From an uncultured Planctomycetaceae bacterium (GTDB lineage: Bacteria > Planctomycetota > Phycisphaerae > SM23-33), in the NCBI GenBank assembly GCA_964631565.1, contig CAZVYJ010000008.1, forward strand, positions 12,192 to 76,191: a stretch of DNA of 64,000 nt. Reading direction: 5' to 3'. Of the stretch, positions 46,376 through 55,331 are shown piece after piece. Position numbers and translations under genes: made by a program. The notes beneath the pieces are model-generated. The model was not told the origin of the DNA. It saw only the letters and a program-made list of their open reading frames with translations, and did no database searches. Within the stretch, counting starts at the first letter, position 1. Each line of letters opens with the position of its first letter.

Positions 46376-48292
46376 TTATTCCTTCACTTCATACTCGGCG
46401 TCGATAACATCGTCGTCGCCTTTGTCGTCCTTCTTTGAGGCATCCTTCGGCTGCTGTGCTGCGCCGCCTGAGGCCTTCTGGGCCTCGGATGCAGCTTTAT
46501 ACATCGCCTCGGCCATCTTGTGCGAAGATTTTTCAAGACTTTCCATCGCACGCCTGATGGCGACGGCGTCGTCGGTCTTGAGCGCCTCGCGGAGGCGGCT
46601 GACGGCCGACTCGATATTGGAACGATCTTCGGCCGAAACTTTCCCGCCCTCGTCGGCGAGCATTTTCTCGGCATTATACGCCATTGAATCGCCCTGATTT
46701 TTCAAATCCACCAGTTCACGGCGTTTTTTGTCTTCTTCCGCGTGGGCCTCGGCGTCTTTGCGCATCCTCTCGACTTCCGAACTGTCCAGGCCGCTGCTGC
46801 CCTTGATTTCAATCGACTGTTTCTTGCCGGTGGCCATGTCCTTCGCCGAGACATTCAGTATGCCGTTGGCGTCGATATTGAAGCTGACCTCAATCTGCGG
46901 CACGCCGCGAGGTGCCGGTGGCAGGCCTGTAAGATTGAACCGGCCGAGCGTGCGGTTGTCGCTGGCGAATTCGCGTTCGCCCTGGAGAACATGGATGGTG
47001 ACCTCGGTTTGGTTGTCGGCCGCGGTCGAGAAAATTTCCTTCTTCTCGGTCGGAATCGTCGTGTTCCGCTCGATGAGCTTGGTCATGACGCCGCCGAGCG
47101 TCTCGACGCCGAGCGAAAGCGGCGTGACGTCCAGCAGAACCATCTGCTCTTCAACGTCGCCGGAAAGGATGGCGCCCTGAATGGCTGCGCCTATCGCCAC
47201 GACCTCGTCCGGGTTGACCGACTTGTTCGGCTCCTTGTTGAAGATTTCTTTGGTGATTTCGCGGACCCGAGGAATTCGCGTCGAGCCGCCGACGAGCACG
47301 ACCTCGTCTATGTCGCTGGCCGTCAGTTTGGCATCTGACAGGGCCTGCTTGCACGGCCCGACAAGCCGCTGGAAAATCGGGGCGCAGAGCTGCTCGAATT
47401 TCGCGCGGGTCAGCGTCATTTCAAGATGCTTGGGGCCTTCCTGGGTGGCCGTGATGAACGGCAGCGATATCTTCGTTTCTCTGGTAGTTGACAGTTCGCA
47501 CTTGGCCTTCTCGGCGGCCTCTTTCAGCCGCTGCAGGGCCATGGCGTCCTTGCGAAGGTCGATGCCCTCGGTCTTCTTGAATTCGTCAGCGATATAGGCG
47601 ATGAGCAGTTCGTCCAGGTCGTCGCCGCCGAGATGCGTGTCGCCATTGGTCGAAAGCACTTCAAACACGTTGTCGCCGATATCCATGATGGAAATATCGA
47701 ACGTGCCGCCGCCGAAGTCGAAGACGGCGACTTTTTCGTTTTTCTTTTTCTCCAGGCCGTACGCCAGCGCCGCCGCGGTCGGCTCGTTGATGATTCGCTC
47801 GACCTTGAAGCCGGCGATTTCGCCCGCGTCCTTGGTGGCCTGTCGCTGGGAGTCGTTGAAATAGGCCGGAACGGTGATGACCGCACGGTCGACTTTCTCG
47901 CCGAGATAATCTTCAGCGGTTTTCTTGAGGTCCTGCAGGATCATCGCACTGATTTCCTGCGGCGTGTACTGCTTGTCGCCTATCTGGACCTTTACAAGCT
48001 CGTCCTGGGCGCCGACGACCTTGTAGGGAACTATCTTCTCCTCAGCATGCACTTCGCTGTGCCTGCGTCCCATGAACCTCTTGATGGAGAAGACCGTGTT
48101 GGTCGGGTTGGTAACCTGCTGGTGACGTGCGGGCTGACCTACCAGACGCTCGCCCTTGTCGGTAAAACCGACAACCGACGGAGTCAGCCGGCTGCCCTGC
48201 TGATTTATGAGAACCTTGGGCGTCGCGCCTTCCATAACCGCAACAACGCTGTTGGTGGTGCCAAGATCGATGCCTACTATTTTAGATGCCAT
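46376..48292 (-). CDS. dnaK: Molecular chaperone DnaK (Hsp70)
   Basis: [19 protein letters not shown]...DLGGGTFD...[12 protein letters not shown] are canonical Hsp70 motifs. Start trimmed to [11 protein letters not shown]. No grpE/dnaJ adjacent. Confidence 0.95.
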   Translation of the reverse strand: MASKIVGIDLGTTNSVVAVMEGATPKVLINQQGSRLTPSVVGFTDKGERLVGQPARHQQVTNPTNTVFSIKRFMGRRHSEVHAEEKIVPYKVVGAQDELVKVQIGDKQYTPQEISAMILQDLKKTAEDYLGEKVDRAVITVPAYFNDSQRQATKDAGEIAGFKVERIINEPTAAALAYGLEKKKNEKVAVFDFGGGTFDISIMDIGDNVFEVLSTNGDTHLGGDDLDELLIAYIADEFKKTEGIDLRKDAMALQRLKEAAEKAKCELSTTRETKISLPFITATQEGPKHLEMTLTRAKFEQLCAPIFQRLVGPCKQALSDAKLTASDIDEVVLVGGSTRIPRVREITKEIFNKEPNKSVNPDEVVAIGAAIQGAILSGDVEEQMVLLDVTPLSLGVETLGGVMTKLIERNTTIPTEKKEIFSTAADNQTEVTIHVLQGEREFASDNRTLGRFNLTGLPPAPRGVPQIEVSFNIDANGILNVSAKDMATGKKQSIEIKGSSGLDSSEVERMRKDAEAHAEEDKKRRELVDLKNQGDSMAYNAEKMLADEGGKVSAEDRSNIESAVSRLREALKTDDAVAIRRAMESLEKSSHKMAEAMYKAASEAQKASGGAAQQPKDASKKDDKGDDDVIDAEYEVKE

Positions 48293-48510
48293 AACTATCT
48301 GCCTTCCTGAATTCGTGCCTCTGCAACTGTTGTTTCTGATACTCCCGCATACGGCGCATATTCTACGCGCAATACAAATTGCAAGTCGCGTGCCAATCAA
48401 CTAAATGCAGTATTATAAAGAAATTACGTTTTTGGCAGCGCCCCGCACTTATGCCATATCGGCCGCTATCAGGGCGCCGCTGATCGCTTTGGCAGGCTTT
48501 TTTACATTTA

Positions 48511-49302
48511 TTATTCACAAACAGCCCTTATTGCGGCAAGCATCGCAATGGCAGCGGTTTCTATCCGCAGCACCGTTGTCCCCAGCCTGACCGGTTTGAA
48601 GCCGGCGCCCACGGCTGCCGCCAGCTCCGCATCGGTCATGCCGCCTTCCGGACCTACGAGTATTGTAACCGGCTGACCGGCGGAATGCTGTTTCATCGCC
48701 TCGGCCGGCGAAAGGCCCGAGTCTTCACACACGCCGACAATGCCGACCGCTTGGCCGACGGAAGCCAGGAGCGAAGCCAGCGGAACCGGCTCGCATAGTT
48801 CCGGCAGAAAGTTCAGCCCCGATTGCTTGGCGGCTGCGATGCAGTGTTTCAGCCATCTCCGCCGCTTCGATGGCGACATTTTTTCGCTCTCGCCGCCGGC
48901 AACGCTTCGCTCGAATATCACAGGCTGAATCGCCGCAGCCGCAAGCTCCGTGGCCTTTTCGAGCAGCCAGTCCAGGCGTTTTCCCTTCGGCTCGGCGAAG
49001 GCCAACTTCACACTGACGCCGGCAGGAGCATCAAACTGCCGTCTGTTTCGTATCGTCACCGTCACGCTGCCGCGTCCAGTTCCGGAAATAACGCCGTCGG
49101 CGACGCAGCCATGCCCGTCGAAAAGCTCTACCTCAGCCCCTGCCTTAAGGCGGAGCACATGCAGCGCATGGTGAGACTCGCCATTATCCAGAGTCCGTTC
49201 GAACCGCTGTTCCGCAGCCAGATCGGGAATGAAAAATCGATTTATTCTGCCTTCTTGTTTCAAATTGCCGAATCTCCTTCGTCCCTGCAAACCGCCCACC
49301 AT
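48511..49302 (-). CDS. rsmE: 16S rRNA (uracil1498-N3)-methyltransferase
   Basis: RFFIP near the N-terminus. The C-terminal TILVGPEGGMTDAE...GTTVLRIETAAIAMLA is the RsmE SPOUT motif. The exact start is uncertain and may be downstream of 49302. Confidence 0.85.
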   Translation of the reverse strand: MVGGLQGRRRFGNLKQEGRINRFFIPDLAAEQRFERTLDNGESHHALHVLRLKAGAEVELFDGHGCVADGVISGTGRGSVTVTIRNRRQFDAPAGVSVKLAFAEPKGKRLDWLLEKATELAAAAIQPVIFERSVAGGESEKMSPSKRRRWLKHCIAAAKQSGLNFLPELCEPVPLASLLASVGQAVGIVGVCEDSGLSPAEAMKQHSAGQPVTILVGPEGGMTDAELAAAVGAGFKPVRLGTTVLRIETAAIAMLAAIRAVCE

Positions 49303-49462
49303 TACGGCCCGGCGACGGCAAAGAGGCAACTACTTTTTCCCGCAATAGTTAGCCCAAGGTGAAAATGAATCTTATGTTTCAACTGTTCCGGCCCTTCCTT
49401 ACGGAGTAGGAGGCGAGGAAAGCCTGACACGTAAGCCGTGGGAGGCACGGAATTTAAAGCTT

Positions 49463-50584
49463 ATGAAGGGAAATGCGGTGAAAAGACTAATTGGGGCAGT
49501 ACTGGTTTGTGCCATTGCGACGCCGATTCTGGCGAGCACAGTCGATCTGAATTCTCTCACTGTCTATGCAGGCGGCAGCATATCCATGGGCAATTGCTCC
49601 ATCATAGATGGCGCCATAGCGGCCGGCACAAGCGTTTCGGCAGGACAGCAGGTAACGCTGCAGGACATATACGCACAAACCACTGTGTACCTCGGCCAAA
49701 AAGCGACGGTCACGGGCAACGTTCTGGCCAACCAGAGCGCCAACGCCGACAAGTATCTGAACCTCGTCGGCAACTGGTCCGGTCGAAGCGTGTGGATGGG
49801 CAAAGAAGCCAACGTCACGGGCGACATTTACGCCCGCAGCAGTTCGATAAGCATAGATCGCGACAGCAATATTGTCGGCGACATCGACGGCAACGGCAGC
49901 ATATGGCTGGACCGTAACACCAGCGTCACGGGTTACGTTTCGCCGGGGCTGGGCCAAAGCCTTACATATGGCAGCGGCGTCAGCATCGGCGGCTCGACCA
50001 TACCCGGCTACGTCGATGTGCCGACGTTCGAACTTCCGTCGATCGGCGATGAGCCGAGTCACGGCAGCGCAGGCAGCCAGAGCATCTGGCAGGGCAACAA
50101 CAGTTCGCTCACGCTTGATGCCGGCGCCTACAACTACGTCAGCTTCGGCCGAGATGCGACACTGAACCTTTCCGCAGGCGAGTACACCATGCGGAGTTTC
50201 TGGATGGATCGCGGCGGTGAGGTCTATGTCGACACCTCGGCGGGCGACGTTGTTCTGAATATTCTCGGCTCTTTCAGCACGGGCAGGGACATCAATTTTT
50301 CCAAGATCGGCAGCGGCCAGCTTTACATCAACGTTTTCGACAGCAGCGTGTATTTCGACAGCGACGTAACCCTGGATGCGCAGATAAGGGTTTACGGCGG
50401 CAATTTCGGAGCCGGCAATAACCTGGAACTTACAGGCAGCATCTGGGCGTCCGGAAACGTGACATTCGGCAACGACGCCCACCTGACCGGCCAGCCCGTA
50501 CCTGAACCTGCGACACTGGCGCTGCTCGGGCTTGGCTGCTCGCTGATAATCATCAGGCGGCAGGCAGTCAAAAAAGTGATTTGA
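49463..50584 (+). CDS. PEP-CTERM sorting-domain secreted protein with beta-helical (bactofilin/polymer-forming-like) repeats
   Basis: Signal peptide. Repeated units such as ...VTGNVLA..., NVTGDIYA..., SNIVGDIDGNGSIWLDRNTSVTGYV. C-terminal PVPEPATLALLGLGCSLIIIRRQAVKKVI. Confidence 0.75.
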   Translation: MKGNAVKRLIGAVLVCAIATPILASTVDLNSLTVYAGGSISMGNCSIIDGAIAAGTSVSAGQQVTLQDIYAQTTVYLGQKATVTGNVLANQSANADKYLNLVGNWSGRSVWMGKEANVTGDIYARSSSISIDRDSNIVGDIDGNGSIWLDRNTSVTGYVSPGLGQSLTYGSGVSIGGSTIPGYVDVPTFELPSIGDEPSHGSAGSQSIWQGNNSSLTLDAGAYNYVSFGRDATLNLSAGEYTMRSFWMDRGGEVYVDTSAGDVVLNILGSFSTGRDINFSKIGSGQLYINVFDSSVYFDSDVTLDAQIRVYGGNFGAGNNLELTGSIWASGNVTFGNDAHLTGQPVPEPATLALLGLGCSLIIIRRQAVKKVI

Positions 50585-50648
50585 CGCTTGGCAAAAGCGT
50601 TTTTTCTCCCTCCCCTCCGGCGGACTTGTCGTTCGCCGGAGGTTTTTT
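50584..50648 (+). terminator. Two tandem rho-independent terminators after the PEP-CTERM gene
   Basis: First: ACGCTTggcaaAAGCGT then TTTTTTC (50584-50606). Second: CCTCCGGCG...CGCCGGAGG then TTTTTT (50615-50648). Confidence 0.6.
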
Positions 50649-50748
50649 ATGAACTGCGAATTACGAATCTCGAATCGCGAGTTATGAGCGGCAAGCGGTG
50701 AGCCGCCCCCTTTAAGGACAATTCGCAACTCGCAGTTCGCAGTTCATT
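50649..50748. repeat. MITE-like ~100-bp heptamer-rich repeat element, copy B, with 11-nt terminal inverted repeats TGAACTGCGAA / TTCGCAGTTCA
   Basis: Terminal inverted repeats seen directly. Shares the 17-mer CGAATCTCGAATCGCGA (50662-50678) with copy A. Its right end is the 7-nt series AATTCGC AACTCGC AGTTCGC AGTTCAT. Confidence 0.55.
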
Positions 50749-51046
50749 CTTTCGTCTCCCCTTCGATGCGCGTAATCAGAAGTTCCCAGCCGGTCGCGGC
50801 CATCGATTCGTCGGAATTCGGCGGCCGATACTGCTGGCCGGGATCGACAACGGTGATTTTCATTTTTGCGCCGTCGAAACTCGTGCCTTCAAAAGCATGT
50901 TCGAAGCTGTGGGCGAGGAAATCAGCTGAAACGCCGTGCAGCACGCCGACAATCATGTCTATAGCGGTGACTTTCACGAATCCGCCGTTGGCGGCTATCT
51001 GCTCAAGCTGGGGCCAGAGTTCGCGGGCAAGTCCGTGTTCGTGCAT
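50744..51046 (-). CDS. HypA-like hydrogenase nickel-incorporation protein lacking the zinc-finger (tentative)
   Basis: N-terminal MHEHGLARELW...VKVTAIDMIVGVLHGVSADFLAHSFEHAFEGT parallels the HypA MHE Ni-binding N-domain. It has no Cys residues (no CxxC...CxxC). Directly follows the hydrogenase maturation protease gene. Confidence 0.5.
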   Translation of the reverse strand: MHEHGLARELWPQLEQIAANGGFVKVTAIDMIVGVLHGVSADFLAHSFEHAFEGTSFDGAKMKITVVDPGQQYRPPNSDESMAATGWELLITRIEGETKE

Positions 51047-51047
51047 G

Positions 51048-51536
51048 TCAGTCGCCGCCTTTCGATATATGCGTTAAAACCGCCTCGACAATTTCCGTCG
51101 CCGCGGATACCAGTTTATCAAACGCCGCCAGAATCGGCTCGCTGAGCCGGCGGCCGAAGTCCACAGTCTGCGGCTGGACCGCGAAAATCCGCACGTCGTC
51201 GGGAGCGTGCAGAAACTGCCGGCAAAGCTCCAGCGTTTCCGTTACGGGCACATCGTGCATGCTGATGCGATTGGCCGGTGTGTCGTCGGAAACCTGCGAG
51301 GGCGATATGACCCGGAACTCGCCGGGCTGCAAGCCCATGTCCGCGGCGTCGAAAACAACCAGCCGCTCCGCCTGCTCTATAATGTTCAGCAGCCCCAGGC
51401 CGCCCGCCCCGCCGTCGATGAATTCCACCGCATCACCCCACTGCCGAGAGTCGCGCACAGCATCCAGCAGGCGCACGCCAACGCCCTCGTCGCTCATGAG
51501 AATATTGCCGATGCCAAGTACCGTAAGCTTCGCCAT
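51048..51536 (-). CDS. Hydrogenase maturation protease (HybD/HyaD/HycI family)
   Basis: MAKLTVLGIGNILMSDEGVGVRLLD matches the family N-terminal signature. ~160 aa. Start trimmed to MAKL. Confidence 0.75.
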   Translation of the reverse strand: MAKLTVLGIGNILMSDEGVGVRLLDAVRDSRQWGDAVEFIDGGAGGLGLLNIIEQAERLVVFDAADMGLQPGEFRVISPSQVSDDTPANRISMHDVPVTETLELCRQFLHAPDDVRIFAVQPQTVDFGRRLSEPILAAFDKLVSAATEIVEAVLTHISKGGD

Positions 51537-51615
51537 ACACGTAAGTGTAGCACCGGCGGGGATGTCTCTCCAGAATTGATGGAAGAATATGCGGTGCCGT
51601 ATGGGGGGTGCGATT

Positions 51616-51840
51616 TTACGGGCCGTCCCAAGAATCCTCGTCAACGGACTGTCCGAAAAACTTAAGGAACGACTCTTTCATAATAACGGCGGCCATGCCC
51701 CCTATAATAGCCGCCACTACGTAAAACCAGTCAAACGTAAAATCTTGCGCACATAGAGCTGCCACCGCTAATCCCGCCGCCGCCCCGATAATGAACCACA
51801 GAATCAGTCCGATGAGAATGCCCACGGGATGTTGTTTCAT
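51616..51840 (-). CDS. Small membrane protein (GlsB/YeaQ/YmgE 'transglycosylase-associated'-like, tentative)
   Basis: MKQHPVGILIGLILWFIIGAAAGLAVA...VVAAIIGGMAAVIM has two TM helices with small-xxx-small packing motifs. Confidence 0.4.
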   Translation of the reverse strand: MKQHPVGILIGLILWFIIGAAAGLAVAALCAQDFTFDWFYVVAAIIGGMAAVIMKESFLKFFGQSVDEDSWDGP

Positions 51841-51859
51841 GGCAAGCCCCCCGGAATAA

Positions 51860-52453
51860 TCACAACGTTCCTTTTGTGCTCGGCACTTCGCCGCGGCGGT
51901 CGGGGTCGATTGTCTTGGCACGGCGCAGCGACTGGGCAAGCGCCTTGGCGATTGCCTCGGCTATGTGGTGATCGTTGCTGCCGTACGGAACATTGACGTG
52001 CAGGTTCATGCCGGCTGTCGCGGCGAACCGCCGCAGGAATTCCTCGACCAGCTGCGTATCGAACGTGCCTATCTTGTCGCCGGAAAATTTCACGTTGAAA
52101 ACGACGGCCGCCCGGCCGGAAAGGTCTATCGACACTTCCGCCAGCGCCTCTTCCATCGGCACCGAAGCAGCTCCGTATCGCGTTATTCCCGCCTTGTCGC
52201 CGAGCGTCTTGGCCAGCGCTTCGCCCAGGCAAATTGCGACATCCTCTACCGTGTGATGATCGTCAACATGCAGGTCGCCGGTCGCTCGGACCGTCAGGTC
52301 GCACAGGCTGTGCTTGCCGATATGGTCCAGCATGTGGTCCAGAAAACCCACGCCGGTCTTGCAGTCGGTCTTGCCCGTCCCGTCGAGATTAAGCGTCAAA
52401 GAAATCTGCGTTTCTTTGGTTTTGCGTTCTATTGTTGCGGTACGTTCTTTCAT
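51860..52453 (-). CDS. hisB: Imidazoleglycerol-phosphate dehydratase
   Basis: RKTKETQISLTLNLDGTG...GFLDHMLD...DDHHTVED are IGPD motifs. Confidence 0.9.
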   Translation of the reverse strand: MKERTATIERKTKETQISLTLNLDGTGKTDCKTGVGFLDHMLDHIGKHSLCDLTVRATGDLHVDDHHTVEDVAICLGEALAKTLGDKAGITRYGAASVPMEEALAEVSIDLSGRAAVVFNVKFSGDKIGTFDTQLVEEFLRRFAATAGMNLHVNVPYGSNDHHIAEAIAKALAQSLRRAKTIDPDRRGEVPSTKGTL

Positions 52454-52458
52454 GGTCT

Positions 52459-53502
52459 TCAGTTTTCTTTGAGTGCCGTCAGTAATTGCGAGTTTTGTTC
52501 GTCCGTGCCGACGGAAATTCTCAGTTTGTCGTCGAGTCGCGGCCCATTGAAGTATCGGACCAATATGCCGCGGGCCTTGAGCGACTCGTATATCGCTCTG
52601 GCGTCGCCTTTGGGCGGCCGGGCCAACAGAAAGTTCGACTGCGACGGCCAGACCCGCCAGCCGAGCGACTGGAGGCCTGCCGTCAGCTTCGCACGCGAGG
52701 CCTTGACCTTAGCGGCATTGGCGTTTTTATGCGCCTGGTCTCGCATCGCCGCGGCGCCGGCCGCACACGCAACAGCGTCGACGTTGTAGCTGTCCTTGAC
52801 CTTGGCCAGACCAGCCAGCATCGCCGGATTCGCCACGCCGAATCCCAGCCGCAGACCGGCCATCGAGTAGCCTTTCGACAATGTCCGCAGCACAATCACG
52901 TTTTCGTGTTTGCGGACGAGTTCAAGGGAGTTCGTCTCGGCGAAGTCTACATACGCCTCGTCGATAACCAGCACGCCGCTCAGCCGCCCAGCCAGTTCGG
53001 CCAACATTTCGTTGCTCGCCATCGTGCCTGACGGGCTGTTGGGGTTGGCGATGAGCGTTATGGCCCCGTCGGCGTCGGCGAGGGCGTCGACTGGAAGGTT
53101 GTAATCATCGTCAAATTCGATTTCGATAATCGCAGCCGCCTGGATTTTCGCCAGCGTCCGGTAAAGCACATAAGTCGGCGACGGATAAACGACCTTCCGT
53201 CCCGGCTCGGCGGTGGCCCGCATGAGCATCGTCAGCAGGTCGTCGCTGCCGTTGCCGGGCAGTATCCAGTCGGTCTCGAAACCGAGCACTTCGCCGACTG
53301 CCTCGCGAAACGTCTGCGCGAACGGATTTGGATAGCGGCGAAGCATTTCGCCGTCGAATTCACGCAGAACCTTCATCGCCGCCGGCGACGGCGGATAAGG
53401 ATTCTCGTTCGTGTTGAGTTTGATGACCTTCTGCCCCGCAGCCGGCTGCTCGCCGGGCTGGTAGGCGGTCATCGCGTCGATATTTTTCCTGAAAAAAGAC
53501 AT
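52459..53502 (-). CDS. hisC: Histidinol-phosphate aminotransferase
   Basis: IKLNTNENPYPPSP...ANPNSPSG...SKGYSMAGLRLG (PLP-Lys region) are class II aminotransferase motifs. Confidence 0.9.
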   Translation of the reverse strand: MSFFRKNIDAMTAYQPGEQPAAGQKVIKLNTNENPYPPSPAAMKVLREFDGEMLRRYPNPFAQTFREAVGEVLGFETDWILPGNGSDDLLTMLMRATAEPGRKVVYPSPTYVLYRTLAKIQAAAIIEIEFDDDYNLPVDALADADGAITLIANPNSPSGTMASNEMLAELAGRLSGVLVIDEAYVDFAETNSLELVRKHENVIVLRTLSKGYSMAGLRLGFGVANPAMLAGLAKVKDSYNVDAVACAAGAAAMRDQAHKNANAAKVKASRAKLTAGLQSLGWRVWPSQSNFLLARPPKGDARAIYESLKARGILVRYFNGPRLDDKLRISVGTDEQNSQLLTALKEN

Positions 53503-53510
53503 TTTAAATA

Positions 53511-53525
53511 GTTCCGAGTTCTGAG
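53511..53525. repeat. Left inverted repeat GTTCCGAGTTCTGAG flanking the four-helix-bundle gene
   Basis: Its reverse complement CTCAGAACTCGGAAC matches CTCAGAACTCTGAAC at 53934-53948 with one mismatch. Built of 7-nt units GTTCCGA GTTCTGA. Confidence 0.55.
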
Positions 53526-53534
53526 TATTACGTT

Positions 53535-53921
53535 TTATGGTTTAACTCGGGTTTTGTCAGATTTTTCCAGACTGTTGGCCAATCCTCTCAAGAGCCTTTG
53601 CACCTCGTCAATACCGGCTAGTGATTCGGCAACATCATCGTTCGATACCATTCCCAGTTCAACACCAATGAGAAGGTGAGTCTCAAGCTCATTGGCCGAA
53701 CCTCTCGCTACATCAAGAAACTGCGTAAAATCTTTACGCGTTCTCCTGCCATGTCCTTCTGCTATATTCGCCGCAATGCTCACGGCAGAATGTCTTGCCT
53801 GAGATACCAGACCGAATTTTTCTTCGGCAGGAAATCCTGCCGTTAATAAGTAGACCTTCTTGATAAGTTGCATTGCCTTCTGCCAGGCAATCAGGCTTTT
53901 ATGGCTTCGTATTTCCGTCAT
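53535..53921 (-). CDS. Four-helix-bundle protein (23S rRNA intervening-sequence protein family, TIGR02436-like)
   Basis: SLIAWQKAMQLIKKVYLLTAGFPAEEKFGLVSQARHSAVSIAANIAEGHGR...FLDVARGSANELETHLLIG is the family signature. Confidence 0.8.
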   Translation of the reverse strand: MTEIRSHKSLIAWQKAMQLIKKVYLLTAGFPAEEKFGLVSQARHSAVSIAANIAEGHGRRTRKDFTQFLDVARGSANELETHLLIGVELGMVSNDDVAESLAGIDEVQRLLRGLANSLEKSDKTRVKP

Positions 53922-53933
53922 CTAATCCACCCC

Positions 53934-53955
53934 TCAGAACTCTGAACTCAGAACT
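53934..53955. repeat. Right inverted repeat / heptamer array CTCAGAAC TCTGAAC TCAGAAC abutting the hisD stop
   Basis: Reverse complement reads GTTCTGA GTTCAGA GTTCTGA G. Partner of 53511-53525. Confidence 0.55.
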
Positions 53956-55264
53956 TTTTTAGTCTCTTCCGCACTGCTGCAGCGTGGGCTGTCAAGCCTT
54001 CACGCATCGCAAAGTCGATTACATCCTGGGCGTCGGCTGCCAGCGAGTCGGCGTCGTAGCTGATTACGCTGCTCGCCTTGAGAAAGTCATTACAGCTCAG
54101 CGGCCCGAAGAACCTCGCCGTCCCGCCCGTAGGCAGGACGTGGCTGGGGCCGGCATAATAATCGCCGAGCGGCACGGGCGTATACTGCCCGAGGAAAACC
54201 GCCCCGGCGTGCCGTATTTTTTTAAGGGCGGCCTTGTCGTCGGCCGTGATTATCTGCAGATGCTCCGTGCCGAAATCGTTCGCGACCATGCAGGCGGTGT
54301 CGATGTCTTTGACGACGATTATTGCGCTGTAAGCCTCCAGCGCCGCGGCTATCGCCTCGGACCGCTCAAGCGAAGCAGCCTGTTTATCAACTTCCTCGGC
54401 CACCCGTTTGGCCAGCTTGCCGGAGGTCGTGACCAGGACGGACGAGCCCGGATCGTGCTCCGCCTGTGCGAGCAGGTCGGCGGCCAGCCAGTCGGCGCGT
54501 GCGGTTTCGTCGGCGACGATGAGCACTTCGCTCGGCCCGGCTGTGCTGTCGATACCTACCGCGCCAAGCACCTGCCTTTTGGCCTCTGTGACGAATGCGT
54601 TGCCGGGACCGACAATCTTGTCGACTTTCGCGACAGTCTCGGTGCCGAACGCCAAAGCCGCGACCGCCTGCGCTCCGCCGATGCGGTATACGTCGCTGAC
54701 GCCGAGTTCGCCTGCAAGTGCGAGGATCATCGGATGGATGTCGCCGTTAACGCGCGGCGGCGAAACTATGGCGATATGCTTCACGCCGGCCACCTGCGCA
54801 GGCACCACGGTCATAAGCACGGTTGACGGGTACAGCGCCTTGCCGCCCGGAACGCACACGCCGACGCGGTCTATCGGCGTGTATCTCACGCCAAGCTCCC
54901 TGCCGCCCCGAACGAGCGGCTGGGGCGCCTTGAAAAGTATCGCCTTCTGATATTCGCGTATATTGGCGGCGGCCCTGCGGATAAGCGAAAGGAACTTCGG
55001 CTCGGCGGCGGCGAGTGCGGCGGCTATTTCAGATTCGCTCACGCGCAGCTTTTTGACCGAAAGCTCGGCGTTATCCAGCCGGGCGGTGAGTTCCAGAAGT
55101 GCATCGTCTCCGCGGCTGCGGACGTCGGAAATTATGTCCGTCACGATGCCGCGGACGTCCATGTCGCCTTCGGACGTCAACCCGCCGGCGCGCAGCTTGT
55201 CCCGCACCGCCAGCACTGACGGGTCGCTCAATGGTTCGCCTGTCTGGATAATCCTGATGCTCAT
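53948..55264 (-). CDS. hisD: Histidinol dehydrogenase
   Basis: PIDRVGVCVPGGKALYPSTVLMTVVPAQVAGV...GPGNAFVTEAKRQV...AEHDP are HisD motifs. Start trimmed to MSIRII. Confidence 0.9.
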   Translation of the reverse strand: MSIRIIQTGEPLSDPSVLAVRDKLRAGGLTSEGDMDVRGIVTDIISDVRSRGDDALLELTARLDNAELSVKKLRVSESEIAAALAAAEPKFLSLIRRAAANIREYQKAILFKAPQPLVRGGRELGVRYTPIDRVGVCVPGGKALYPSTVLMTVVPAQVAGVKHIAIVSPPRVNGDIHPMILALAGELGVSDVYRIGGAQAVAALAFGTETVAKVDKIVGPGNAFVTEAKRQVLGAVGIDSTAGPSEVLIVADETARADWLAADLLAQAEHDPGSSVLVTTSGKLAKRVAEEVDKQAASLERSEAIAAALEAYSAIIVVKDIDTACMVANDFGTEHLQIITADDKAALKKIRHAGAVFLGQYTPVPLGDYYAGPSHVLPTGGTARFFGPLSCNDFLKASSVISYDADSLAADAQDVIDFAMREGLTAHAAAVRKRLKKF

Positions 55265-55331
55265 AGCCGGAAATTTACGCTTAAAGCGGCCGTTTTGCAA
55301 TGAAGGGTTTTGCAGCGGCGTCGCAGTTCGG

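Noticed and set aside
48293-48510. CIRCE (HrcA) operator upstream of dnaK
   Set aside because: I scanned the 218-bp upstream region for TTAGCACTC-N9-GAGTGCTAA and found no reasonable match. Regulation is more likely sigma-32-like or other, but I could not assign a promoter confidently.
49487-50728. 413-aa minus-strand ORF overlapping the PEP-CTERM gene
   Set aside because: The plus-strand frame has a signal peptide, coherent beta-helix repeats and a textbook PEP-CTERM tail. The antisense frame has none of these.
27996-53955. Heptamer arrays as a possible CRISPR array
   Set aside because: The units are 7 nt and contiguous with no spacers, and the arrays are only 2-6 units long. No cas genes are present. 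They are not CRISPR.
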